DNA of 64,000 bases from Mobula hypostoma (GCF_963921235.1 NC_086108.1:40736001-40800000); one strand, 5' to 3'; counted from the first letter of the stretch, positions 1 through 13,594 are shown. Made by a program: numbers and translations. Notes: generated from the letters alone by a model not told the origin.

Positions 1-99
1 GTATCTAACCAGTAAGCCCGGAGAGGGAGGTGGTAAGCAGCAGCAACTCTTGAAACGGATGGTGCTGCCACTGACAGCTCCAGGTTTCAGATCGGGTGT

Positions 100-500
100 G
101 CGTAGCGTGCTACTTGGAGGGATTCTGCAGGTGGTGGTGGTGGTATTCCCTCTGCCCCGTCCTCCCCAACCATTGCCTTACATATTTTTGGTGCTGCAGG
201 TCATGGGTTTGGTTGGTGCTGGCATAGATGCAACACGTTTTGCAAATGTCACGCATGACAGCCACTGTGTGCCGTTGCCTAAGGGCATTAAATTTAAGAC
301 AAGTGGATGGGCTGCTTTGCTTTTTCAGAACTATTGGAGCTGCCCTCCTCCTGTTACATGGACAACATCCAGTCATGCTCCTCACTTGCAGGATTTGGAA
401 TGGCTCTGGTGTAACAGCAGGTGAGTCATTTGCAGCTGGATATCCAGTCTCTGGCCTACATCTGCGGCCATAGTATTTGTGTCATGAGTTCATCTTAGTT
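100..500 (-). mobile_element. Ancient CR1/L2-group LINE fragment (appears to continue at ~1761-2400 after an inserted Rex1-type LINE)
   Basis: Degenerate LINE-like sequence. The ends at ~495 (ttcatcttagtttc) and ~1760 (ttctagtcagtg...cccccagga) read as one element split by the 501-1760 insertion. Confidence 0.4.
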
Positions 501-1760
501 TCAAAGTCAAAGACAAATTTTTACTGAAGTATGTATATGTAACCATATACTACCTTGAAATTCATTTCCTTGCAGGAATTTACAGAAAAAATAAAGAAAT
601 GCAATAGAAGTTATGAAAAACTATACATAAACAAAGACTGACAAATAACCAATGTGCAAAAGGCAAATTGTGTAAATAAAAAGAAACTCTAAGAACATGA
701 GTTCTAAAGAGTCCTTGCAAGTGTTTCAGTATCTTATAGAATCAGTTCAGAGCTGTGGTGAGTGAAGTTATCCACGCTGGTTCAGGACCCTGATGCTCGT
801 ATGGTAATAACTGGTTCTGAACTGAGTGGTTTGGGACTTAAGGCTTCTGTCCCTTCGGCCTGAACGTAGTAATGAGAAGAGGGCACGGCGTGGATGGTGG
901 GGTCCTTGGTGATGGATGATCCTTTCTCGTGGCAGCACTCTATGCAGATGTGCTTGAAGGTGGGAAGGGCTTTGCCTGTGATGGGATGGGCTGCATCAAC
1001 CATGCTCTGTAGACTTTTCCTTTCCTGGGCGTTGGTGTTTCCATACCAGGCCCTGAGGCAACCAGTTAGGATACTCTCCACAATGAAGCTTGTCAAAATA
1101 TTTGGTCACATGCCAAATCTGTGCAAATTTCTAAGAAGGTGGAAGTGCTGTTGTGTTTTCTTTGTGCTGGTCCTCCTCCAGTTTTGATGGTTCAGTTCCC
1201 TCCAGTGTTGGATGGCTTCCCAAACAGTGGTTTCCCCCTGGGGTGGGAATGGATCTCCTGAGAAATTTAAAGTTACTGCTTCTCTCCACCTCCATTCCTT
1301 TTTCTCTTGTATTGGATACTCAGCTCTTTGGTTTGCCTGATGTTCAGCGAGAAGCTGTTGTTGTGGCACCATTTTCAACAACCAGATTTTCAATCTCCCT
1401 TCTACATGCTGATTTGTCAGCACCTTTGCTTCAGCCTACAACAGTGGTGTCATCAGCAAATTTAAATAAAACATTGAAGCTCTACTTAGCCACAACCTTA
1501 AGTATAAGCGAGTAAAGTGTGTGTGGAGGGGGCGGGGCGGTCGGTGCACCTGTGCTGATGGTGATTGTGGAGGTGTTGCTGCCAATTTGAACTGACTGGT
1601 GTCTGCATGTGAGAAAACTCAGGATCCAGTTGCACAGGGAGTTATTGAGACCAAGGTCTTGGAGCTAATTGATTAATTTCAAAGGGATGATTGTGTTGAA
1701 TGCTGAGCTGTAGTCAATGAAGAACATTCTGGCGTGTGCATCTTCATTGTCCAGGTATTT
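501..1760 (-). mobile_element. Rex1/Babar-type LINE, 3' portion of RT plus 3' UTR, degenerate
   Basis: ORF 782-1096 (VESILTGCLRAWYGN...LQSMVDAAHPITGKALP) is the typical Rex1/Babar RT C-terminus. The KFADD motif is encoded on the minus strand near 1445-1465. Confidence 0.75.
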
Positions 1761-2400
1761 CTAGTCAGTGTACACCCCCAGGATTTGCTGGCTGAGGACT
1801 GGCAACATAATGTCATTGAATTTTAAGGGTAGGTGGTCAGAATCTGTCTTATTGGAAATGGCTGCGGTCTGACCTTTTTTTGGTTCAATTGATGCTTGCC
1901 ACTTAGAAGCCTATGCTTTAATGCTGTCTAGGTCTTGTTCTATGTAAGCATGATCTGTTTCACTTACTGAGAAGCACAGAATGGAAATGAACATAGTGGC
2001 CATCACTGCAAGTATCCTCATTTATGACCAGATGATGAAAGCTTGTTAATAAGGCTGGTGAGGGTGGTTGAGCCAAGGACATTGCCCTCAGAACTCCTCC
2101 AGGAATGCCCTGGGCTGCAATGATTGACCTCCATCAACCACAACCACGTTCCTCTGTGTGGGATGTGACTCCAATGACTGGAGTATTTCCGCCTTAATGC
2201 CCATTGGCATGATGCCATGCTCAGTCAAATGAATCCATAATGTGAAGGGCAGTGACTCTATCTTCACCTGGGCAATTCCAGGAAAATATATTCCTCTCAT
2301 CATCCTTTCTGTCTTTATTCATGTCTCAACGCAATATTCAACTATATATATTCACGTTCTGGAGCTCCTGGAGCAGTGTAGGTACTGTTTCCAACCACGT
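1761..2400 (-). mobile_element. Ancient CR1/L2-group LINE RT fragment
   Basis: The reverse complement reads as a decayed RT region (gvpqgsvlgp-like near 2070-2110) and resembles 24270-25080 on the + strand. Confidence 0.45.
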
Positions 2401-2751
2401 CATCCAACTGCCTGGGGTAAGACAGGACAGACCTTCAGAAGATCTTGGATGGACAAGCCCTGTCCAATTGACTTTCTAATGGTTTGGAATCTGAAGGGAC
2501 TTGACCTAAGCAGAGCTTAATTAAATTAGACCTTTCATTCTTTTATGAACCCAAGAATTTTTTTTAAAACTTGTTCTACAATTATATTTGTAATTAAATT
2601 CAGTGGGCTCAATTTATGATTGTGATCGCTGCAGTTAGTGTAAAGATTAATTCTTTGTCACCACAAAGGGTGTGAGAGCATTGAAACATACACAGTATGA
2701 AGAAACAAGACTACATTAATTTTAAAAGAAAATGGTTTTATAAAACCATAA

Positions 2752-3068
2752 ATCCATAAGATATAGAAGCAGAATTAGGCCAGTCAACCCATCAATACTG
2801 TTCTGCCTTTCAATCATGACTGGTTTATTTTCCCTCTCAACTCTATACCCCTGACTTCTCCCCATAACTTTCGACACCCTTACTAATCAAGAACCTATCA
2901 ACCTCCGCTTTAAATATACCCAGTGAATTGGCCGCCACAGCTGTCAGAGGCAATGAATTCCTTAGATTCACCACTCTCTGGATAAAGAAATGTCTCCTCA
3001 TCTTTGCTCAAAAGGGATGTTCTTCGATCCTGAGGCTGTGTCCTCTGGTCCTAGATTCTCCCACTTCA
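2752..3068 (-). mobile_element. CR1 LINE 3' end
   Basis: The ccataagatatagaagcagaattaggcc... terminus is shared with 14160, 21803 and 49933. Confidence 0.75.
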
Positions 3069-3147
3069 GTGCAAATGAGTACCACATGAATAGAAGATTC
3101 TTCAATATGTCTTTCAAAATGTATTTATTTGTTTATTTTTTGAGATA

Positions 3148-3345
3148 CATTGTGGAATAGGCCCTTCATCCCCTCAAGCCGTGCCACCCAGATATCCCCC
3201 AATTTAATCCCAGCCTAAATAAGGGACAATTTACAATGACCAATTAACCTACCAACAGATACATCTTTGGACTGTGGGAGGAAACTGGAACACCCTGAGG
3301 AAACCTACGCAATCGTGAGGAGAACATACAAACTCTTAAAAGACA
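3148..3345 (-). mobile_element. V-type SINE (HE1-like) fragment
   Basis: The reverse complement carries the V-SINE core (gtttgtatgttctc...gggtgttccagtttcctcccacagtccaaaga). Similar copies lie at ~6660-6730 (+) and 39345-39620 (-). Confidence 0.65.
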
Positions 3346-3370
3346 GGGCAAGTAGCCTGCACTTTGTTGT

Positions 3371-3378
<8 letters not shown>

Positions 3379-3406
<28 letters not shown>
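3379..3406. repeat. (GT)n microsatellite
   Basis: Perfect GT dinucleotide run of about 14 units. Confidence 0.95.
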
Positions 3407-3409
<3 letters not shown>

Positions 3410-4086
3410 GTCTGTAATTCAATATTTTATCCATTGTGTATTGAGCAAGAATGGTGGCTAAGTATCTGCTGCACAACCTGGGTATTTTTTTTAGAAGAAT
3501 ATTTTATAAAATGTAAGGGCCAAATCAGGATCTATTAACCTTAATAGTCTTGTTGCAGTATTGTCTGGAATCATCAAAATTAAAAGGAGAAACTGGAGAT
3601 CTAAAATAAATAAAAATGAAAACAGGAAATGCTGGAAATTCAATGCATCCAATCATCTTCCACCAGGCCATTTACCCTTCAAGTGCTCCCTTAAGATAGT
3701 TTGTGTTCCCACACTTACCAGCAGCCACAAGAGCAAGAGCTGCCTATGTGGTTATCAGGCAGAGTAGAGATCTCTCAATGTTCCCACACCTCAAGTTAAC
3801 AAATTTCATGACACATGCTGATGATAATAAACCTGATTCTGATTCTGATTCTGACAAAGAACATATCAGTAGCTCTGGATCTGTTCTCAATACACTAGCT
3901 AAGTACTATTAAATGAAGAAAAAGAAGAACAACTTACTGGAAACTGACTTAGAAGCACCACCTGTTCTCACTGAAGCCTGTTGAGCCAGAGCCTCACACT
4001 TTAACCCTGGTCCACTCCAATAATAGCCGCTCCAATTGCACCTTTCTTCTTTTTATTAGCCCTTGCTAAGTTACTGACAACATAAG

Positions 4087-4950
4087 CAACACGCATAAAA
4101 TGCTGCACAAACTCAGCAGGCCAGGTGGCATCTATGGGAAAGAGTATAGTCGACACTTGGGCCAAGACACTTCATCAGGACTGGTAAAATAAGGTGAGAA
4201 ATTAGAGCAAGAAGGTGGGGGAGGGGGGGAAGGGAGGAAGAAGTACAAGGTGGTAGGTGATACATGAAACTGGGAGGGGGAGGGGTGACGTAATGAGCTG
4301 GAAGCTGACAGGTGAAAGGTAAAGGCGGAGATAGGGGAATCTGACAGGAGAAGGTAGAAGACCATGGAAGTGAGGGAAGGGAGAGGAGCACCAGAAGGTG
4401 GTGATAGGCAGGTAAGGAGAAAAGCTGAGGGAAGGAAGTGGGAAAGGGAATGGTGGAGACTGGGTTGGGGGTGGCAATTACCAGAAGTTTGAGAAATCGA
4501 CGCTCATGCCATCAGGTTGGAGGCTACCCAGACAGAATATAAAGCGTTGCTGCTCCAACTTGAGTGTGACCTCTTCAAGGCAGTGGAGGAGGCTATGAAC
4601 TGACATGTAAGAATGAGAATGGGAAGTAGAATTGAAATGGGTGGCCACCAGAAGAACCTGCTCTTTCTGGCGGACAGAGCATAGGTACTTGGAGAAGTGG
4701 TCTCCCAATCTACATCAGGTCTCACCAGTACACAGGAGGCCGCACCAGGAGCATCGGGTGCAGTAGATGACCTCAACAGACTCACAGGTGAAGTGTTGCC
4801 TCATCTGGACGGACTGTTTGGGGCCCTGAATGGTAGTGAGGGTGGAAGTGTAGGAGCAGGTGTGGCACTTGTTCCGCTTGCAAGGAAAAGTACCAGGAGG
4901 GAGATCAATGGGTAGGGACGAATGAACAAGGGAGTCGCTTAGGGAGTGAC
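4087..4950 (-). mobile_element. Penelope-like element 3' part (GIY-YIG region and terminal repeat), inverted copy
   Basis: Minus-strand ORFs 4478-4708 and 4504-4785 mirror the + strand GIY-YIG ORF at 5396-5749 (e.g. FCLGSLQPDGMSVDFSNF vs FRLGSLQTDGMNINFSNF). Confidence 0.8.
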
Positions 4951-5059
4951 CCCTGTAGAAAGTGGGAAGAAAATAGACAGCCAGTGCAGAGTACCCCTGT
5001 GGCTATTCCCCTCAATAGTAAGTAAACTGGGTCGGACCTCTTCCCACTCTGTCACTTGT

Positions 5060-6165
5060 ATAAATGACAACTCCTTCTCTCAGTTCATCCGTCTCTGCCA
5101 CATCTGCCCTCAGGATGAGGCTTTTCATTCCAGAACTAATGAGGTATCCTTCTTCTTCAAAAACAGGGGCTTCCCTTCCTCCACTATCAATGCTGCCCTC
5201 ACCCACATCTCTTCCATTTCACCCATGTCTGCCCTCACTCCATCCTCCTGCCACATCACCAGGGATAGGGTTCCTTTTATCCTCACCTATTGACTCAGTA
5301 GTTTTCACGTCCAGTATGTAATTCTCCATAACTTCTGCCATCTCCAGTGGGATCCCACCATCAAGCACACCAAGTGCTATACCTGCCCCTACATCTTGTC
5401 CCTCGCCACCATTCAGGGACCCAAACAGTTCTTCCAGGTGAGGCTAGACTTCACCTACATGTCTGTTGGAGTCATCTACTGTATCGGATGTTCCCATTGT
5501 GGCCTCCTGTATATTGGTGAGCCCGATGTAGATTGGGAGACCATGTCACCGAGCACCTATGCTCTATCCGCCAGAAAAAGTGGGATCTCCTTGTGGGGAC
5601 CCATTTTAATTCTACTTCCCATGTCAGTCCAAAGCTTCCTCTACTTCTGTGATGAGGCCATACTCAGGTTGGAGAGGCAACACCTTATATTCCGTCTGGG
5701 TAGCCTCCAAACCGATGGCATGAACATCAATTTTTCGAACTTCCAGTAATTGCTCCCCACCCCCTTCACCATTCTCATTCCCATTTCTCTCTCTCACCTC
5801 TTCTCCTTACCTACCCATCACCTCCCTCTGGTGATCCTCTTCCTTCCCTTCCCTTTTATCTAATATCTTCTACTCTCTCCCATCATATTCCCTCTTCTCC
5901 AGCCCTTTATTTCTTTCACCCATCAGCTTTCCAACTCATTACTCCACCCCATCTCTCAGTTTCTCCTATCACCTACTACCTTGTATTTATTCCTCCCACC
6001 ACACCCCCCAAACTTCTTACTCTGACTCCTCATCTTTTTTCTCCAGTCCTGATGAAGGGCTTCAGCCCAAAACGACGACTGTTTACTCTTTTCCATAGAT
6101 GCTGCCTAGCCTGCTGAGTTCCTCCAGTATTTCGTGTGTTCTGCCTGGATTTCCAGGATCTGCAG
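5060..6165 (+). mobile_element. Penelope-like element 3' part with GIY-YIG endonuclease remnant
   Basis: SQFIRLCHIC...FFKNRGFP (RT C-terminus) and GVIYCIGCSHCGLLYIGE (GIY-YIG), followed by a pyrimidine-rich tract and a terminal repeat with a decayed hammerhead core at 6044-6081. Confidence 0.85.
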
Positions 6166-8274
6166 ATCATTTCATCTTTGTACTAATAGCCTAAGCAATC
6201 TTCAGGCTCCACTTGCTTTGTAAAACTGGCGCATAACCTCCACAAGAAACTGTCTCTAAGTCTCTCTGCAATATCCTGCTCCATTGCTGGGCCTGGTTGA
6301 TTCTGACCTGATGTCCAGAAGAAATGTTGCTCTCAGTTGACCCAATCAACTTCTTCAATCACCTAAAACTCCATAAAAGTCCTTAAATCCATTACTTTTA
6401 TGACCAGTTACTTCTATAGATGTATCACTGGAAGTTGTTCCAAACTTTATACTGCATTGTTGCACCCATCAATGTACTTACTTCACTCATAGGCAAAACA
6501 TTTTTATTACTGTTGCTGCTGTTAATGCAATGAAAATGATTAAATAATTCATCATTTATTTGATTTGCTAACGGTGCAATGTTTGGGGAAATTCATTCTA
6601 AGTGGAAGAATTTGCACATTTTTACAGCAAGAAGTGTCGTGGCAAGCCGGATTCAACCTCTGATAGAGTCTGTATGTAATTTCCATTTCTCCCTGTGACC
6701 GCATGGGTTTCTACCTGGTGCTCTGGTTTCTTCCCTCATTCCAAAGATGCATGGGTGGGAAAATTGCCCCTAGTATAGAAGGATATACGGAAGGGAGAGT
6801 TGATGGGTATGTGATGGTGAATGGCTTGCATGGAAATAAACGGAGAAATAATTTTAATGGCTATATTCTGAAAGCTGGCAGAGAATTGATGGGCCAAAGG
6901 ATTCCCTGTTCTAAAGAAATGTAAGTGTCTAAGAGGGTAAACTTTGTTTTCTTCTTCTCAGTCACTCCAGGTTAATCATGGAGATAAAAATCACACTGTT
7001 GTCCTCTGCTCTTCCAAACCCATCAATATGGAATTTCCATTTAATGAAACTTATCTGTAAAGTATTTTAAATTTTGCAATTTCTTTGATCAAATCTGAAA
7101 AGTAACATTATAATCTTAAATAATTGTAATGTAATATTAATCCGATAATGATCCAGTGCCTAACATGCATAACTTGACATGTTTGCAAAATGGAGTCATA
7201 TGCTGAAAATCTGACATATCTTGTCTTCAATTCCAGAGGTTCCAGAAAGTTAAACTTGGGGAATTTGACACTGCTGATTCATCTGAATGGATTGTCTGTC
7301 TTTGATACAGATGAGAAGCATGTTCTTTTATCTTGTAAACCCAAAGTATAAAGGTGGGAGGGAGGTGGTGTTGGAGGTTAAAGGTAACAACTGTCTTCAT
7401 TGATTGATTGCAGATTCTTCATGTTGATGATTTAAGCAGATAAAACATGTCACGCTTCCATCTGGGAAAAGAGTATTTGTATACAGTTTCAATATTTAGA
7501 GTACAGTGACCATGTTTGTTCTATGTTGGATGTTATGCTGCAAATATCATGATCCAAAAACATCACAAATAACTCAATGAGTATGCTTGAAATGATAAAA
7601 AATTCACAATGAACAATTAAATAAAACTCAGCACACCCCGCTTAACATGCTTTCCTTCATGTGTTTGATGTTCCATGCTGCAACAGAGCCTCAGGCAAAT
7701 AACCATTTAAATGAAAGAAGAATGATAAGTCTGGCCCTCACATCTCAAGAACTTTGTCAAGTGAATGAAACTCAGTATTTGGTTATATATAGACTGCTGA
7801 AATAAACTGTTTCCCCCTCCCCTCACCCCGATATGATCTCTCCACCTCCTACCCCAGCCTTATCCTAGCTCACGTTATTTTGTTAGCACTTCGCTCAGTC
7901 ATCTGACCTCATGAGTAGTGGTATAGTTTGTTAGTGCATTGTCTCCTGTGAATCATGGGAGTATTCCCGATAAAAACAGTAAAATTGGCTCCTCTTCTCA
8001 GCAGTTACATCAAAATGTCAGTTAATTGAAGCATCCAAATATTTTCCATCATATTCTGCACGCTTCATTGTATTGTGACTCATTTCTATGAGACTGGAGA
8101 AGGAAACATAATTGCTCACTACAAACCGGCCTTAGAATTGGCTGTTTGGTCTCTTCCTTCCAAACTCTAATACCATCTCTGACGTAAACCTGAACTGTGA
8201 TCTTGCCACCCGTCCACCTCCACTCTGAACCGTGTATATGTCCTTTTGTGTTAGTGTTCACTACATAAAGTTAT

Positions 8275-8987
8275 AAACCTGGGCCTCTGTACCTCCCTCT
8301 GCAATTGGACTCATGACTTCCTAACCGGAAGACCACAGCCTGCGCAGATTGATGATAACATATCCTCCTCGCTGACAATCAACACTGGCCCGCCTCAGGG
8401 ATGTGTGCTTAGCGCATTGCTCTATTCTCTATATGCACATGACTGTGTGGCTAGCCATAGCTCAAGTACCATCTATAAATTTGCTGACGATACAACCATT
8501 GTTGGTAGAATCTTAGCTGGTGACGAGAGGGCGTACAGGAGTGAGGTAAGCCAGCTGGTGGAGTGGTGCCACAGCAACAACCTGGCACTCAGCGTCAATA
8601 AGACAAGAGAGCGGATGTGGACTTCAGGAAGAGTAAGACAAAGGAACACATACCAATCCTCATCAGAAGTGGAGAGAGTGAGCAGCTTCAAGTTCCTGGG
8701 TGTCAAGATCTCTGAGGATCTAACCTGGTCCTAACATATCGGTGTAGTTATAAAAAAGGCAAGACAGCAGCTATAATTCCTTGGGAGGTTGAAGAGATTT
8801 GGCATGTCAACAAATACACTCAAAAACTTCTATAGTTGTACAGTGGAGAGCATTCTGACAGGCTGCATCACTGTCTGGTATGGAGGGACTACTGCACAGG
8901 ACCGAAAGAAGCTGCAAAGTTCAGCGACACAGAAAGGCTGTGTCCATTATTAAGGACCTCCAGAATCCAGGGCATGCCTTTTCTCTT
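8275..8987 (+). mobile_element. Rex1/Babar-type LINE RT fragment (resumes at 12624-12948)
   Basis: ORF 8405-8734: LYSLYAHDC...YKFADDTTIVG...FKFLGV. Confidence 0.85.
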
Positions 8988-11900
8988 ACTTTATACTTTA
9001 TTGTCACCAAACAATTGATACTAGAATGTACAATCATCTCAGCGATATTTGATTCTGCGCTTTCCGCTCACTGGATTACAAACAGTAAATATTAAAAATA
9101 GTAAAAATTAGTAAATATTAAAAATTTAAATTATAAATCATAAATAGAAAATAGAAAAATGGAAAGTAGGGTAGTGCAAAAAAACCGAGAGGCACGTCTA
9201 GATATTTGGAGGGTACGGCTCAGATCCGGGTCAGGATCCGTTTAGCAATCTTATCACAGTTGGAAAGATACTGTTCCCGAATCTGGCCGTACGAGTCTTC
9301 AAGCTCCTGAGCCTTCTCCTGGAGTGAAGAGGGACGAGAAGTGTGTTGTCTGGGTGGGTTGTGTCCTTGATTATCCTGGCAGCACTGCTCCGACAGCATG
9401 CAGTGTAAAGTCCAAGAACAGAAGATTGGTTTGTGTGATGTGCTGCGCCGTGATCACGATCTTCTGCAGTTTCGTTCGGTCTTAGACAGGACAACTTCCA
9501 TACCAGGTTGTGATGCACCCTAGAAGAATGCTTTCTACGGCGCTTCTATAGAAGTTAGTGAGGGTTTTAGGGGACAGGCCAAATTTCTTTAGTTTTCTCA
9601 GGAAGTAAAGGCACTGGTGGGCCTTCTTGGCAGTGAACTCTGCTTGGTTGGACCAAGTCAGGTCATTTGTGATATTGACCCCGAGGAACTTAAAGCTTTT
9701 GACCTGTTCCACTTGCGCACCACCGATGTAAATTAGGTCGTGCGGTCCGCTACTCCTTCTGAAGTCAACAACTAATTCCTTCGTCTTGCTGACGTTGAGG
9801 GATAGGTTATTGTCTTCGCACCATGCCACCAGGTTCTTAATTTCCTCTCTGTACTCAAACTCATCATTACCCGAGATACGATCTACAATTGTGTCATCAG
9901 CAAACTTATATATTGAGTTTGATGGAAACTTGGCTACACAATCATGGGTGTACAGTGAGTACAGCAAGGGGCTGAGTACACAGCCTTGTGGGGCAGCGGT
10001 GCTCAGAGTGATTGTAGAGGAGAGCTTGTGCCCTATTTTTACAGCCTGCATCCTGTCTGTGAGGAAGTTGAAGATCCAACTGCAGATCTGAGTGCTGAGG
10101 CCCAGGTTCCGGAGCTTAGGAATCAGTTTATTTGGAATGATGGTATTAAAGGCAGAGCTGTAGTCAATGAAAAGGAGCCTTACATATGCATCTTTATTCT
10201 CCAGGTGTTCTAAGGAGGAATGTAGGGCCAGAGAGATGGCATCTGCCGTTGACCTGTTGCTCCAGTAGGCGAGTTGCAAAGTGTCAAGGTTGACCGGTAG
10301 GCTGTGGTTGATGTGTGCCATAACCAATCTCTCGAAGCACTTCACAGAAATTGATCTCAGAGCCACAGGTCGATAGTCATTCAGGCATGCCACTTTGCTC
10401 TTCTTAGGCACTGGGATTATTGTTGCCTTTTTTACACGAGGGGATCTTAGACTGAAGCAAGGAGCAGTTGAAGATGTCAGCAAACACTCCAGCTTGCTCG
10501 CTTGTACAGGCCCGGGGAACCCATCCTGGGATGCCATCTGGGCCCGTCGCCTTCCTTGGATTTATCTTCAGGAAGGCCCTTCTAATGTCCTCCTTGGTGA
10601 CGATGAATCTCAATGCCACCAGGTCTGGTTCATCCGGAGGGAGTGGGATGCTCCTCTTTTGTTCGAATCTTGCGTAGAATATGTTTAGTTCATCAGGAAG
10701 AGAAGCGCCACAGTTATTGATATTCCCAGCCTTTTCTTTGCGCCCACTGATCTCATTTAGACCCTGCCATAGTCTACTAGCATCCCTCTGGTTAGCCTGG
10801 GCTTCCAACTTGGCTCGATATTGCCTCTTGGCGCCCTTAATGGCTTTCCGGAGTTCACGCCTGGATTCCGTGTAGCGACTGGTATCCCCGGACCTAAAAG
10901 CCGCAGCTCTAGCCTTTAAAAGGGACTTGACCTCATAATTCATCCAAGGTTTCCTGTTAGGGAATACCCGGATCATCTTGTGAGACACACAGTCCTCCGT
11001 GCATTTTGAAATAAAGTCCGTGACAGCTGAGGCATACTCATCGAGGTTAGCTGCCGAGTCCTTGAATACTAACCAGTCCACCGATTCAAAGCAGTCACGG
11101 AGTAACTCATCTGTTTCCTCCGTCCAACACGACACTACTTTTGACACCGTGACCTCCCGCTTCAGTTTCTGTTTGTAAGCCGGGAGGAGGAGTATGGCCT
11201 GATGGTCCGATTTTCCAAAGTGAGGTCATGGGACGGAACGGTAGGTATCCTTGACTACTGTGTAGCAGTGGTCAAGTATATTCGGGCCTCTAGTGGGGCA
11301 GGAGACATTTTGGTATAACTTTGGCAGCGCCTTTCTGAGGTTGGCCTGGTTAAAGTCCCCGGCTGTAATGAGCAAAGCTTCTGGATACCTGGTCTCAAGT
11401 TCACTGATATTGGCATACAGTATGGTCAGAGCACACTCCATGTCCACCTGGGGGGGTATGTAGACTGCTGTCAGTATGACCGAGGTGAATTCCCATGGCA
11501 GATAGTAGGGACAACACTTCACTGAGAGGTGTTCCAGGTCTGGGCTGCAGGAGCTTGTCAGTGCCACTGCGTCCGAGCACCATGCAGTGTTGATCAGTTG
11601 GCAGACACCAACTCCCCTCATCTTGCCCGAAGACGCTGTGTGGTCCATCCGATGGATCGAAAATCCCTCCGGTCGGATGGCACAGTCGGGGATGGCAGGG
11701 GAGAGCCAGGTCTCAGTGAAACAGAATACACAGCAATTCTGCATCTCCCTGCAGTAGGTTAGTCTCCCTTTAAGATCATCCACGTTGTTCTCTATGGCTT
11801 GCACATTAGCTAGTAGGATGGTGGGCATAGGGACCCTGAAGCCCCTCAGCTTCAATCTGACCAGCAGCCCAGCTCTTTTCACACGCTTCCTCGGTAAATA

Positions 11901-12622
11901 GTGCATCTTTCCAGGTTTCCATTGATGCGGTGTGTTGTCAGCTCTTTGAGGTTGGTGGACGCATCCTGCGGGGATTGATCGGCAGGTCGCGTCGTCGTGC
12001 GCTCCGGGTCGGGCCGAGTGACAGGGGAGGCTCTGCTGCCACTTCCAGCTGCCGGGGGCCCGGGCTGTTGTTTCGGTCGGGCCCCAAAGCCGACACTTCA
12101 TCCTGGATGGCCGGGCTCCTGGCTGAAACAAGTCCGTAAACCGAGTCACGTCTGCGGAGGCCTCCGCTCCAGCCGAGCCTTGGACTCGATTTCCGAGGTC
12201 AGCGGCAGAGGCCTCACTTCTGGCAGCTGTGGATGGCCACCAATGGGGCTTTACGGTGGTCGCTCCAGTGAAGCGTCTGGGGTACCTTGACGTTTCCGCT
12301 GTCACTTCTGTGTGGTCGTCTGCTTCGAAGAGGTGCTGGTCGGAATGGGCCGTGTCTCCAAGCGCTCCAGCACGGTAGCAGACCGCAGGTCTCCGGGAAC
12401 ATGGTGGGCCTCGCTGGTTGGGCCCTGGTGCGGTCCGGAGTTTAAGAAGCAATTCTGGCGCGGTGGTCTCCAGCTGGGTCAGTAGCTTCGCCAGGGTGTT
12501 GTTGATCTTGCTAAATGTAGCAGATTGGAGGTCTAGAAGGGTTTCTCAGGTATAGGATAGTGGAGAGGGCAGTTTGCTCGGCAGAGCATGCGCAAAGTCT
12601 CCAGTTACCGGCGCTATCTTAG
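8988..12622 (-). mobile_element. Near full-length Rex1/Babar-clade LINE (~3.6 kb) with a single APE-endonuclease + RT ORF carrying a few stops and frameshifts
   Basis: APE motifs are present (LLANVQ, FTETWL, AVYIPP, AGDFN, LDHCY, SDH), as are RT motifs ([43 protein letters not shown]). The 5' end reads aagatagcgccg and the 3' end aataaagtataaagt. Confidence 0.92.
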
Positions 12623-12623
12623 A

Positions 12624-12948
12624 ATCAGGTAGGAGGTACAGAAGTCTGAAGGCACACACTCAGCGATTCAGGAACAGCTTCCTCCCCTCTGCCATTCAAT
12701 TCCTAAATGGATATTGAAGCTTTGGACACTACCTCACTTTTTTTAAATATATAGTATTTCTGTTTTTGCATGTTTTGTAAAATCTATTCAATACACGTAA
12801 TTGATTTACTTGTTAATTTACTATTGTTATGTTTTATTTTATTTATTATTATTTTTTTTCTTGCTGCTAGATTATGTATTGCATTGAACTGCTGCTGCTA
12901 AGTTAGCAAATTTTACATCACATGCCGGTGATAATAAAACTGATTCTG
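12624..12948 (+). mobile_element. 3' end of the Rex1/Babar fragment begun at 8275
   Basis: atcaggtaggaggtacagaagtctgaagg...caggaacagcttc continues the RT C-terminus. It ends in the family tail cacatgccggtgataataaaactgattctga. Confidence 0.75.
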
Positions 12949-13124
12949 AAGATACTACCTACAAATCTTCTCTAAATGAACGCAGTAAACAATCAACACA
13001 TAACAGTGGCTAGTACAACAATGTCCCAAAGTCACTTCATACAGGCATTTCATTAACTACATTCACATTCATGTCCACCACCTTCCTTTCTTCTTTGCTT
13101 TAGTATAAAGTTAAAGTAAATGTA

Positions 13125-13594
13125 CAATCCTAAAAGCATACATATATATAGCTAGGGTACCTAAGTCATTTGCACAATACAGTATCTGTCAAACTGGAGA
13201 ACGAATTTGTAAATCTAGCAGGAGCAAAGTATGCTGGGAATGGTGAGGTTTCAGCATCGCAGGAGGGGTGCGGGACGGGTGGCAGAGAAGGACTGCCGGG
13301 GGTGGAGGGTGGCCTGGGTACAAAAACACCTAGCCCTGAGACACCAGGCAAAGTCATTTGATTCCAACAACTGGCTTATTGATCATTACAGAATGTCTCT
13401 CCGGTGCTTCCCAAACCTCCCCTCTCCCTTCCCCGTTTTGCAACCATGATTCCACTCTCCCTGTCCCCTTCTCAATCCACAATAGATCCCTATATCAGAA
13501 TCAGGTTTATCATCACTCACATATGTCATGAAATTTGTTTTACATAGTGTATGAAATATATATATATGCGCCTAAGACCTCTGCACGATACTCT
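13125..13594. mobile_element. Tc1/mariner-type MITE, degenerate
   Basis: Terminal motifs (gctagggtacctaagtcatttgcacaatac; gcgcctaagacctctgcacgatactcta) match the TIR family seen at 29103-29325. Confidence 0.5.

Noticed and set aside
7180..7460. Possible short exon after ttccag at ~7236
   Set aside because: Frames close quickly and there is no recognisable homology.
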